Assembly: GCA_016748015.1 (NCBI GenBank)
Contig: JAAOMT010000577.1
Coordinates: 478,666 to 542,665, forward strand
Reading direction: 5' to 3'
DNA from: Geosiphon pyriformis uo1
Taxonomy: Eukaryota; Fungi; Glomeromycota
Length of the DNA: 64,000 nucleotides
Part shown: positions 51,833 to 64,000 of the stretch, one piece after another
How positions within the stretch are numbered: the stretch's first letter is position 1
How the letters are laid out: the number at the start of each line of letters is the position of its first letter
Translations under genes and position numbers: made by a program
Notes under the pieces: model-generated
Database searches by the model: none
Told to the model about the DNA's origin: nothing
The model's input: only the letters and a program-made list of their open reading frames with translations

Positions 51833-54800
51833 TTTTGTTTTTTTTATTTTTTTATTTAATGAGTGAGATCTAAACACAGTCTAGTACTATACATCAAAAA
51901 AATGATCTAAACTAGATGCAAATCATACATTTTTCTACATGTAATCAGCCACTCATGCTGATTAGAACAATACTATGCAGCTATATAAACTGAAACTAAA
52001 CCACTAAGACCTGAGAAAAATAAACAAGATTTTCAAAAACCAAAACATATATCAAAAGCATCAGCCACACCAAGCAGTTTCACTACACTAGCAGAAAACC
52101 CTGAAGACAAACCAGAAACTGAGATGATAGCCAAACTATTAGAAGAAATCAAACCATGCTTTTCTATATAAGTGTGGTGCTTAGCATGAACCAATTATAC
52201 ATCATTTCTAAAAGCTAAACTAAGAGAGTGCACAAACTTAAAAATTTTTAAACCAGCCATTTTGGAATTATGAAAGATGAAAACGGCCTTCTAGAACCAA
52301 TCATTAAAAACAAAACCCTTGAAAAGAGCCATAGACACAGAGAAACCAGAAGTGCAAGATGACAACAGCTGTAATACACATGAAAAAGCATAAATGAAAT
52401 CAGAAAGTGTTCTCCAAGAATCCACATGGGAATCCTATAACTGATGGCAGGCAAACTTATCAACCCTACAAGAGAATACATAATTTAACACCTTTACTTT
52501 ACCACAATATAAACACAATATACTGGGATAAAGCCTATTATAAAGGCGCTTCCGAATGGCAACAGGCAGGTGATGATGCAAAGCCTTTATCAAGTAAATG
52601 TGTGCATTGGCCAAAAGCCTGCTGGTAAAACCAGTAGTCATATGCAAATCAGGATGCCACACCAATGAAGAGTGGATCCAGTCAATCTCAGAATGCAGAC
52701 TGTTCTTCAAAAACTTACAACCAGAACCAACCTCCCAATATGCATGACAAACAGAACAAAAAATATCATGAACAAAGTGTCTAAAATTGCCAGAAACTAT
52801 ATTACTATCAGCCACAATAAAATATTTATCCACATAAGAAGGAAGGCACCAACCTAAAAGAAAAGCAGTACTAGCAATCATGTTGGCACACTCATTCCCT
52901 GAAACACCAGAGTGACCTTTTATCTTGTGCCAACTGACTCTCAAATTCTTACTATGAATAACATTAAAAATATGTTGACGTTCGATCCAATACTAATTAC
53001 AAAAGTCAGGACACACCAGACCCAATTCTGACTTGCAAGCATCCAAAGCAGATTGACTGTTCAAAAATAAGCGAACAGAACTAGATAAGGGAATACACTC
53101 TAGAGCCAGTACAATAGCCTGCAATTTTGCCAGAGTAGAAGACATCAAACTCATAACACCAACACCCAAATCCAAACCAATGTTCTCAAAAAAGACAGCA
53201 GCACCAGTGCTACAGTTGACTGTACCAAAGTTTTTCAAAAATCCGTTAGTGTACACAGATAAAATGCTAGCATCAACTTGTAAAAGATGATTGCAAATAG
53301 ACACAAAATTACTGGATTTAAGAACATTCAAAAAACCAGCACCACACAAAGCCGCAGAATAAGTCAGAGATAAAGTTACATTATTGAAAAATACAGCAGA
53401 CAACTTGAACCAATCTGGAACAGAGTCACAGGGGTCCAATTTTTTTTACTACTTAAAGATGTATCAATCAAAGACAACACCATGATGATCACAAAGTTGC
53501 TCTACATACACAATATCATACTGCCAAAGAGAAGGAAGAAATTTGATAAACTTTGATTCACCCAGAACAGCAGACATGAGCATTCCATCATTGAATTGAA
53601 AAAAACTGGCCATGAGACCACCCAGAAATAAATTACAATCAAGAAGAATACAAACCATGTCTGTTAGAAAATTATTAGAAACACTGACATGAGTATGAAC
53701 AGAAGAGACCAATAAATAAACAGGGTGCCAACACCAAATTTGTAGGTCATGAGACCAGTAAGAAAATAATTGACCCAAAATTCCATCAGAGTTCACAAAG
53801 CTAACTAGTGAAACAATTTTACTTTCAGACTGAATTTGCAAAAAAGATTTCAAACCATAAAAAAAAGAATGGTGAATAGTATCACTAAAAAAGTCTAGTA
53901 ACAGACTGAACTTAAGCTTCAAGTCTTTACGAATTAAAGCATTTCATTTGTTGTATACACCAATAAGAACAAAGCTAAACTGCATCCTGTAGCTAACAAT
54001 AAAGTAAAGGACTGCTAACACTAAATATAAGAACTGCTTATTCAACACAGCTTTTCTTAAGACCAGATTGGTCAAGAATCGAACATCCAAATATGCCTTA
54101 GCCAAACTAGGCTTTGAAAAACCCTTAATTGAAAGAAAAATACCCAAATACCAATGAGATTCCCCTTTTTTGGCAATAGTGATAGGAGAGCCACTAATAA
54201 AAAAAGAAGGATTACTGATTTCATTATTGATAGGAATGGCCACCATATTTTTGTTATTAATAGAAATGTTATTGATCTGGAAAAATTCACTAGCAACATT
54301 AAGAATGTGTTGAGTAGTATTCCGACTGCTATTAACTCAAATTGTATTATCAATAAAAGCACCAGCAGCAAAAAAAGAGAAAAATCCAGCCCAAGATTCA
54401 GTGTGACCACTCTTGGAAATAAAATGAGAGTTGATCTTGTATTCACACACACTCTCCTGACACTTGACTTTACACAACAGAGGATCATAAAACACATGCC
54501 ACAAAAGGGGAGAAAAAACTTCACCTTGGTCCAAACTATTATACACACAATAACCATCTATTAAACCAAAATTTGTTATGATTCGGTTGGTATGACCCCT
54601 ATGAATATTACTAAAAAATTGAATGAATTTGTTACACATTTTAATTTTGACCAAGCTTTTCTCAAGATGATCTCAGCCAACTGAATCATACACCTTCCGC
54701 ATGTTTTACAAAACCAGCCAGGGCTCCTGGTTTTTTTTCAAAGCATCCTCAATGACTGACCTAATTGCAAAAATAGGAGACTAAGTCATTGTACCCTTCA

Positions 54801-57800
54801 AAACCAAAAAATTGTTACCACAAAGAACATCAAAAGTGCTGCAAGCTGAGGAAATTCTATCAGAGAGAATCTTGGAGAGGATCTTGTGAGCTGTTTCAAT
54901 TAAAGCAATAGGACAAGTATTTGTTAAAACACTCTTTCACTTATATGGTTTGAGAATTATCAAGACCCAGGCTTCTTTCTAAAGATTAGGAATAAATTCA
55001 TTAGACAAACAACAGTTCAGAAACACCAAGAGCATATCCAGAATAGATTTATCACAATACTTCCAAAGCTCATTCGAGATACCCAAAAGACCAGCAGCTT
55101 TGCCATCAGGTAGATTAGAAACCACCCCAAAAAATTCTTTAAAATCAATTGAACACATTACACCAGAAAAAGCTCCATCAAAAATGTGTCCCAAAGGCTA
55201 ATACTGACAACACCAATCATCAGAAACATTAGAGACTGTTTGATGCTTCCAGATCCAACCTTCTATAATTGTATCAACCTTAAACTTAACCAAACTAGGC
55301 TCCAAAACCAGTTTATCATCAATAACTAAATGGTCAAGCACCATCTTGCAAAAAGAGTGCTCCAATACACTTTTAATAGTATGATCTTTATCTATCTCAA
55401 AGCTTTCCATCCTTTTGTCAATAGCAGATTTAATGTCCACCTCTTTAGCTCTCAAAGATTCTGCCAGCTTTAAAGTACGATAAGATTTTCTAGCTCCAAA
55501 GAGGGCAGAACAAACACAATCAAAAAATGCACCAGAGTCCACCAAATTCTGAATGATCAAAGCCTTAGCAATGTTCAAAGAACACCAATGCTTCATAAGA
55601 GAAACAAAATCATCTACACCACCTCTATAAGAAGCCCTAACAATTTTCAAAACTAAAAGTTCTAATCTGTGAAACCTTGAAGACTCTTTAGTAAAGATGA
55701 ATCATTGTTCTTAAACCATTTTTTTTTGAATATCTCATTAGCCAAAAACACCATAACTTTTTGAATAACATCCCATATTGTGTCTAAGTCTGAGAACCTT
55801 GAAGCTGCAACAAACTCATTTGAAAACATCACTGTGTTGGCCATTGTGACATTCTTGAAATCATTCCACTTATCTTCACCAGCATTTTTAAAATTGAACT
55901 TCCACCAATTCTTATTTGCCTGTTTGTAAAGAAAGTTTAACCATGTGTCTAAAAGGCCACCAAGACCCACAAACATAGAAACAGTCTTGTGATCCATGTC
56001 AAAATACTTACTGACTTCCAAAATCTCTCAGTGCACTATTGCATTAACCAGGTTTAAAGAGACAAATATGAAGTCAATTGTCTTCATGAATTCCCTAGAG
56101 TTCATTCAAATAGGTTCTTTGATAACCAGACTACCAGCCAAAAAATTAACAAGCCCCAAATTAGCACACTTTTTGAAACTTGCACATTTATAAGAACTGT
56201 TTTCATTGAAATCACCATTGAAGATGATGAAAAATGATTTATTTGCTGTCTTTACAATAAAAAAGTTGATTTTACCAGTCTGAAAGAACTGAACCATTGA
56301 GAAAGCACCAGCATAAAGTCCCAAAATTTACACCGAAATTTTGTTCCTAAAAAGTAGTTTAATAGAGAGAAGCCAACCAGGCATCTCGGAAATCCTGCTC
56401 ACATGCCTTGCCTAAAAAAATCTATAATGACAACAACATCAGCACCCAAATGACCAGATTCCAAACCAAAAGTGAAGACCCGAACACCATCAAACCTATT
56501 AACAATCCACAGGCAAATCTTCCTCTTTAGTTTTGATTCTGTAAAAATAGAAATTAAGTTGTCCATGTCTTTATGCCAATGTATAATATCATCCTGTTTC
56601 GCAGGATTGTTTATTCCTCTAACATTGCAAGTTGCAACTTTCCAAACTAGAATGTTTATTGAGAAGAGAGTTAGGGAAGTGCACCACCAGCCAAAACCAG
56701 ATCATCAAATTGGGCAGACAGACTTAAAACAGAAGCAGAAAGGCTCTCTAACATATTTTCTAACTTGATTATGTGGGAGGACACAGATGAATCCAAAACC
56801 ATAGTAGTCTCATCACTAGTAGTTTCACTTGAGCCTACTCCTATCACTATATTTCCCTCCAGATTCTGTAAAGGGGGGGTCACTGGCAGCTGACATCCAG
56901 GGCTAGGCTGGGAAACTGCCAGCACAAGAGAGTTCAATCTCTTAGCCAACTCACCAATTTGTTTTGCAAGGCTGGTGAGACTGCTTTCAATATTGACCAA
57001 TCATATTTCCAAATCATTCACACCAGAAGGGAGAGGTTTACTATCATCAATAGAACCAAAAGAGGAATGGGTACCACAAAGAAAACTCATAGAAAGAGCA
57101 CCAATTATCAATGCTCAGGTCTTTTCACTGAAAGCCAGAGGACAAGAGATAAGTGCTGATTTTTTCTCATAAATCTTTGCTAATCTAAACTGGTCTTGGG
57201 CCAAAAGAGGAGCTTTCTTGTCTCTAAAAATTGACCCAATCTTAACTGATTTACAAGCAAAAGACATATGACCAGAATTCTTATATACTGAACACAAAGC
57301 CAACAAAAGATAAGACCAATAGAGACCAACTTCTTTTATAACAGGTGTTGTAATAATTGTATTAGCCAAATCTAACTCAGATTCAAAACACACTATGGTA
57401 CAATGAACACAAGTATAATTGACAGGATTGTGATCAATAACACAGGTTTTCCCACTTATAGAACCAATGAAGTCCCACAGGTCATGAGCAGTTATTTCCA
57501 CAAGAAGAGTATAAAGCAATGTCCTGTAAATATTCCTGGCATCCCATGTTTGTTTGTCAATATCAGTCCTGACCACATGCACTGCATCTTTCCCAATAAG
57601 AATAGACTACTTAGAAGCCAAAAGATCAGCTTGATTTTGATTATGTAACTCGACAATCACCTTCTGCCACAAACCCACTAATTGCATTTTGATTACCTTA
57701 ATCTTTCTAAATTCAGATACTGCAGCTCACACAGCCTCAACAGATATTTCTACTGGAATTTCCTTCAACACAATTGCCCAATTTGTACAGTTGTTGATAG

Positions 57801-58628
57801 GACACTTGAGATTGGTGTTTACCACAACATCACAATCATTTGCCAATTTTGCTGCAATCATTGCTTTTTCAGAAGTAAAAGAAACCCGAATGATTCTACC
57901 AAATTTTGAAAGGGTAGAGGCCCCCCCAAAACCATTCACATCAGAGAAAATTTTTCTGACATAAGCTAATTTTTCCTGAGATGACTTGTTAGCCACTACC
58001 TCAAGATCAATATCCAGAGCAAAAGATTTCCTAACCAAGACCTGTACTATATGTTTAAAAGAAAAAGAGAGAGGGAAAGAGAGTGATCCATCCAAAATAT
58101 CATCATCATCATCATTTTCTAAGTCAAAATTAATAGTGCCAAGAGGTTTTCTAAGAGTATGCTTAGTAACAACCCTTTTGAGATCTTTGGATATTATTTT
58201 AATATCATCACTACTAAACTCTCTCACACTTTCTTGCTGGAAGCTGGTTTCTTCTACCAAATACTCCTTTTCTATATCAATACTTTCAGACTCAGTAGTA
58301 TCTCCACTCACACTCTTAGCTGCACCACCAAAGGCACTGTTAGCAGTAATATCAACCACCTTAATAAATTCTACTAATAAACCACCCTTGTGCTTCTTTC
58401 TAGAAGAAGAGTCAACCACAGTAGAACCAGACAGCAACTTCTTCTTGACTTTTTTCATAACAAAAATGTCACTACCAACAGCAGCCTTGTATTCAAACAG
58501 AAAAGATTGTGAAATGTCTAACTAAATAGTGATAAAAAGTAAAAGCAGTAAAAAAAACTTCTCTCAACAAAAAAAGCTCTCTTTTAGGAATTTGGGGTGT
58601 AAAAAAGAAAGAAGTTTTTTTTTTTTTT
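51833..58628 (-). mobile_element. LINE C: full-length, decayed; ORF1 ~58527-56656, ORF2 56659-51973
   Basis: Minus-strand ORF fragments cover EN, RT, RNase H and CCHC; 3' UTR 51858-51972; TSD AGTTTTTT at 51825-51832 and 58629-58636. Confidence 0.9.
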
Positions 58629-59253
58629 AGTTTTTTAAATAAATATTTCAGCTTTATTTTTTTTAATAATACAATTTATAATTTTTAATATTATTTTTAA
58701 TATAAAATATATAGCTTTATGTAAGAAAATAGTTTTTAGTAATTAGTATATAAAAATTTTATTAATACTTAAAAAAGTCTAATTGACTAAGTTATTTATT
58801 ATATTAATAGTTTAAAATTTAATAAAAGATCATAAAAATATGATTTAATTATATAAATTTACATATAAAATAGTAATAAAAAAATGATTTAGTTTATAAT
58901 AATTTAGTAATTTCTTATAATTTGTATAAATTAGCAGAATTTTTATTAAATAAAGTAATTTAATTAATAAATATTAATAAAATTATAATTAATAATTATA
59001 ATTTATATAGTTAATATATGTTTTTTTCTGATTTAATTTGTTTATATATATTAAATAACTAAATTATATTTATAAAATATTTAATAAAAATTAAAAACAA
59101 TATTTTTAAAATTAATTTGTTTTTTAATCTTAAAAACAATAATTTTATAAATAATATTTAAAAAAATAAAAATTAAAACAAAATTAATAATATAAAAAAA
59201 AATAATATAAAAAAACCAATACAAAATAAAATAACATAATAGAAAAAAATTAC

Positions 59254-62200
59254 AAAAACTTCTTTTTTCTCTATGTTCCAAATTCCTAAAATAGCACAAT
59301 TTTTGAAGAAGTTTTCTTGTTTTTTGTATCTATTCTTATTTTCTATTTTTTTTGGTCTTCACAATTTCTCAACTCACTAATCCTTTCATTGTTCTTTTGG
59401 CGTCTGATATTGTTAATGCTATGTCTGCAAAAAAATTGGCCAGAGGTGCCACTAACAGCTCTGTGAGTGGGAATCTGAGACAAAAACCAAAGGTTTCACT
59501 TGAAAAAGTTAAACACTTGAGTAATGAAGCTAATTTGTCTTTCAAATTATCTGCAAGCAATTCCGGTTGGTATGAGAATATAAATATCTTTTCCAATGAG
59601 AAGTTGGAGCATGAAATAGGCAAAAACATGGGCTATGGTGCTGGCAGCAAGAGTGATAGACCATTGGACTCTAGTACCAACACCCCAAAAGCAAAATGTT
59701 TCAATACTGATATGGTTAAGACTCAATTTCTGAGTCTCTGCAATTTTGGCTCTACCATTAATAATGTCAACATGGACTTATCTTCTCCTGTTTCTTTGGA
59801 ATCCTCTCTTTGTCCAGTTTTTTCTGTCAAGGAAAGACTCTGTTTTAAACTGGCCAAATTTTTTGTGCTTAATATTGGTCTGTCAGCTATTCCTGGAACT
59901 ACTCTGCATAACAAACTCAAGAGTGTTAGGAAGTTATTCTACAAAATTAACAGTTTTAGGGGTATGTTAATCCCATCAAAGTTTCTAGGCATTGTTAGGG
60001 TGTCTTTCACATCTGAATTCAGTCTCATTTTGGCTAAACAATTGGCTGTGTCTGAGAATTTTGTTGTTAATGCTGATCTGAAGAAGATTGGCATATGATC
60101 AAATCAGGAAATTGTTATCAAAGAGATTCTGGTCAATTTGTCCAAATCGGCAGTTGAATCAGCTTTGGTCAAGTATGGAAAAATTTTTTCAATCAAAATA
60201 CAGTTGATTGGTCTCTGGTAGAAACCACTGGTAGAGTTTAAAAGTTCTCAGATTACTGACTTGGTTGTGTTCAAATGATCAATCTTGCTGGGTAAAGACT
60301 CGGCGAGTGTTGCCAAAGCCAATGCCAACAAACAAACATGAGATTTAAAGGACAGCTATTGCACTCTTCTATACACTTTGCTGATGGGCATGACTGCCCA
60401 CAATCTCTCAAATTTGGTCCAGTCATATGGTAAGAAGACTTGCTACATTTTTAAGAACTCAGTGTCTTATGCACAAGCCCACTGTGCAGTCATTTGTTTT
60501 GATTCTGAAGATGTTAAAGAGACTGCTATTTGCTCTACACCAGTGTTTAAGGGTGTCAATCTCATATGGGCTGGTTTGTTTTCTTTTAAGTGTACAACAT
60601 GTGATAATTTTGGTTATGTTTCCTCTGGATGCGACAGTAGTATAAAAAACATTGGGCTGGGTTTCAAAAAAAAAAGATTTCTTTGTTTCAATTTGGATAA
60701 AAAGTGTCTTGTGCTCATCTATGCCAAAAAACAAGCTTCTGTGTCTTATTCAGTCTTTTTTGGCAGTATGACTTAGGCTTTTGTGATAAATGGCTCTCTT
60801 AAAAATTTGTATTCTACACTATTTGTTGAGAACAATTTGAGCATAGGTTGAGTCAACAGTTCAATGCCTACAGTTACAATTCTGGCTTTGCATATTAGTG
60901 TCCTAGAATGTTCACTTGAGAATATGTCTGACCAGATGGCTAACATTTCATGTAAACTGGACAAATTGCTGGCTGTTTTGTCAGTGAGTTTTACTGTTCC
61001 CCCTACTCCTAAACATAACCCAGTGCTGGACATGACTGTTAACACTCTATTGTTTGTTTCCCCTGTGCCCAGTGTAGTCACTGCCATATCTCAGGACATT
61101 TCTCCAAGTGGTTTTTGTGTTTTAACTGTAAAAGTAGATGGTCTAAAAGCTAATCTGGCGGTTCTAGAGAATTCAATTAAGGTAATATTGAATAAATTGA
61201 ACTCTTTTGGTTCTGGCAGTAGTATAGTAACTCCTTCTCTTCCCCAATGAGTAGTTTAGCTTAGAAAATTGCTACTTGTAATGTTAGTGGTATGAATGTT
61301 TCTGCTAAGCAGGATGACATTATTAAATAGCACATGGTTTCGAATAATGACATTTCAATAGTTACTAAAACTAAGCTTTGTTTCAGTATTAAGTCTTAGA
61401 TTGTGAATAAGTTTTCTGGTGTAAAGGTATTTACTTTAGGTCTGGATGCTGGGTTTTTAGGTGTGGGCATCACTTTAATTATGAATGAAAATTTAGCCAA
61501 ACATGTTTCTAAGATTTCTGAGATTCTGAGTAGACTTTTGATGGTCTGTTTGCTATTCAAAAACAAACAATCTGTTTCTGTGTTGGGTTTGTATGCAGAG
61601 GCTTTTCTAGATGAGTGTGTAATTCAGGCTGGACTTATCAATTCTTTTATAGCCAAAGCTTGTAATAAGAGTACCTTTGTTATTTTAGGTGGTAATTTCA
61701 ATAAGAATGGGAACAAACATAGCTTTAGCTTTAGTAAGTGTATAGATCTGAGTCTAGTCAATACATTGGTTAATAGTTTTTACATTAAAACTTCTACTTG
61801 GAGGAATTCCAGAGGTGTTGAAAAGACTATTGATTACATTTTTGTTTCACAAAGTTTGAGTAATGCTTTAGTAAATGGGCATGTTGTGGATGTGGATGAG
61901 TTCTTTTGCACTGATTATAGTTCTGTTCAAATTACAATTGGACTTGGTGGAATTTTAGATCCTGTCTTAAGAGCTATTCGTGTTCAAGCCAATAAAGACA
62001 AGTGGAAATTTAATGTCAAGAATGCTGATAGAGTTAAATGGGAACAGTATAAGACTGCATCTTATGATAATTTTACCATGTTTTTCGATGAGTTTACAGG
62101 TTCTTATTGTTTGTCTAATCTGGACAGCATGTGGAGTGTTGTTCATAAAGCCATTTGTTTCTCAGTAAATGAAGTTTTCTTGAAAACCTGGTCTAAAGAT

Positions 62201-64000
62201 TTTGATGGTGGCTTTACCAAGTGTTCTTCCCACTATTATAGATTGAAACTTTTGGTTTCTAAGTTGGTGAAAGCTTCACATTCTGTGTCATCTAATGAGT
62301 TTGTTTTCTTGTTAGATGTTTGGGTGTCTTTGAACTTTGTTAATACTACTGTTATCAAATTTTTTTTTCTTTTGGGATCTCATTTTGATGCTATTAGATC
62401 AGCTTTGGCAAAGGTTAGAAAGTCTTATTATTCTCTCAAGATAATGGAATTGAAACATGTTAGGGACTCTCAAATCAGACTAGCAATTAACAAAAAGATG
62501 GAAAACTTTGAGTTGAATAAAGACCAAACTATTAGGAGTATACTTGAGTGGCCATTTTGTAAAGTCACATTAGATCATCTAGTTGTGAATGAAAATCTTA
62601 TTTTGGAGCCTGGTTTGGTTAAATTTCATGTCAATAGAATTATGGAGGACTGGACCAGAAAGCATGTGGTGGTTGACAATGTTTCAAATAAATGATGTTG
62701 CCAATTTTAACTCTTGGAATATGTCTTTGATAGTGTTTTTTTGAATGTTATGCACCCAATTGAAGTGGAAGAATTTCTTAGTGTGATTTTGAGTTTGCCT
62801 GATAATAAAGCTGTCGGCCTTTCTGGTATTATAAATGAACTATAAAAACATTACAACAGGTCTGTTCTGGATTCACTTTTGGCACTTTTAAACTCTTGTT
62901 TGATTTGTGAATTTGTTCCAGGTCCTTGGAAGAAGACCTGGGTGTCTATAATTCCTAAACTTTATAACTGGAAGGGAGTTTTTATGAACACCTGACCCAT
63001 AGCACTGATTGAAACTGCCCATAAAATTCTTTCTAAGATCCTCTTTGATAGAATCTCTGTGGCATGTAATAAATATGACATTCTTCATAATAACAACTTT
63101 TCAGTTCTTAAAGATACAACAACACAGTCTCCTATTTTTGCTATTGGTTTGGTGATAGAAGATGCTTTAGAAAAAGATCGTGAACTTTGGTTAGTTTTGC
63201 AAAACATAAGGAAAGCATATAACTCAGTTGGTTGAAAACATCTGAGGAAAAGTTTGGTCAGAATCAAAATATACAGTAAATTCATAAGATTTTTTGAGAG
63301 TATTCACAATGACTGTATAAACAGAGTGATGACTGATTTTGGGCTGACTGATAGTTATAGTGTTCATAATGGCTTGGATCAGAGAGAAGTGTTTTCACTT
63401 CTCTTTTGGCGTATTTTTTACAACACTTTGCTGTGTAAAGTAAAAAGACAAAAAGCAGTGTGTAGTTATAGGCTGAATTTACATTATGTTGCCAAAACTG
63501 GTCACATAAATTCCCAAGATAGTTTGATCTCTTTTTTTGCTGCAGGTGTATTTGTTTATGATACTATATAAGTTGGTTTTAGTCAGATGGCTATACAACA
63601 CATTTTCAATGTTGTCAGTGAATTTTTCAGAATAAATGATATCTTGATCAACAATGACAAAACTGTAACAATCCTGATTAATTGCAGAGTGGTGGCTCTT
63701 TTTTTATCTGTCAGTGGTGCCCCTATTTCCATCATCAAAAAGGGGGTGTCTTACTAATATCTGAGTATTTTTCTTTCTTCTGATGAGTTATCTAAGTCTA
63801 GCTTGGCTAAAGCATATTTGAATGTTAGGTTTTTTGTCAATCTTGTTCTAAGGAAAGCAATTTCAGACAAACAGTTCTCTTACTTGGTTTCGACAGTTTT
63901 TTATCTTATCATTGGTTACAAGATTCAGTTTAGCTTTGTTTCTGCTAGTGTGTGCCAAAAGTGGAATGTTTTAATTCAAAAGGACTTGAAATTAAAATCA
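59254..64000 (+). mobile_element. LINE D: 5'-intact, decayed, runs off the window; ORF1 ~59364-61250, ORF2 61247->64000
   Basis: 5' hairpin motif, ORF1 RRM/CCHC (CTTCDNFGYVSSGC), ORF2 EN and RT remnants. Confidence 0.9.

Larger units (their letters stand above)
34690..59060 (+). mobile_element. Extremely decayed host LINE ORF2 relic (~3.3 kb net) split into five pieces by nested insertions
   Basis: Pieces 34690-35330 (EN-RT linker), 35904-36760 (RT), 43656-44644 (RT thumb to RNase H), 51398-51832 (RNase H end, CCHC) and 58629-59060 (C-terminus) are collinear with ORF2 and rejoin in frame across the TSDs. Confidence 0.7.

Noticed and set aside
8547-64000. Alternative genetic code (TAA/TAG=Gln, TGA=Trp) explaining the many stops
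   Set aside because: Stops are copy-specific, TAG replaces both Gln and Trp codons, they accompany frameshifts and missense transitions, and the kinase gene reads cleanly in the standard code.

Overview
Eukaryotic, very AT-rich, transposon-saturated window, most likely fungal. From memory the proteins resemble Glomeromycotina predictions such as Geosiphon; this is unverified. It holds one apparently intact host gene, a spliced coiled-coil + PD-(D/E)xK-like + protein-kinase gene of Crinkler type on the minus strand (4242-6162). Almost everything else is retrotransposon. (1) 8547-33945 is a nest of three decayed Ty3/Gypsy elements with the layout gag-PR-Cys-rich domain-dUTPase-RT-RH-INT-extra ORF (the third is truncated within RT). 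(2) 34690-64000 is a cluster of LINEs: ORF1 has 2 RRM-like folds + CCHC + coiled coils, and ORF2 is APE-RT-RNase H-CCHC. Three full-length copies and one 5'-truncated copy sit, each with a TSD, inside one almost erased older LINE; a fourth 5'-intact copy follows and runs off the window. Most notable observations: a RIP-like, context-broad C>T/G>A hypermutation that converts repeats into extremely AT-rich deserts while sparing the gene; a conserved ACN-AUU putative non-AUG start and a conserved AUGA stop-start junction in the LINEs; and a conserved unknown ORF in the env position plus a Cys-rich domain and dUTPase in the Gypsy elements. All alignments were done by eye, so relic boundaries are approximate.
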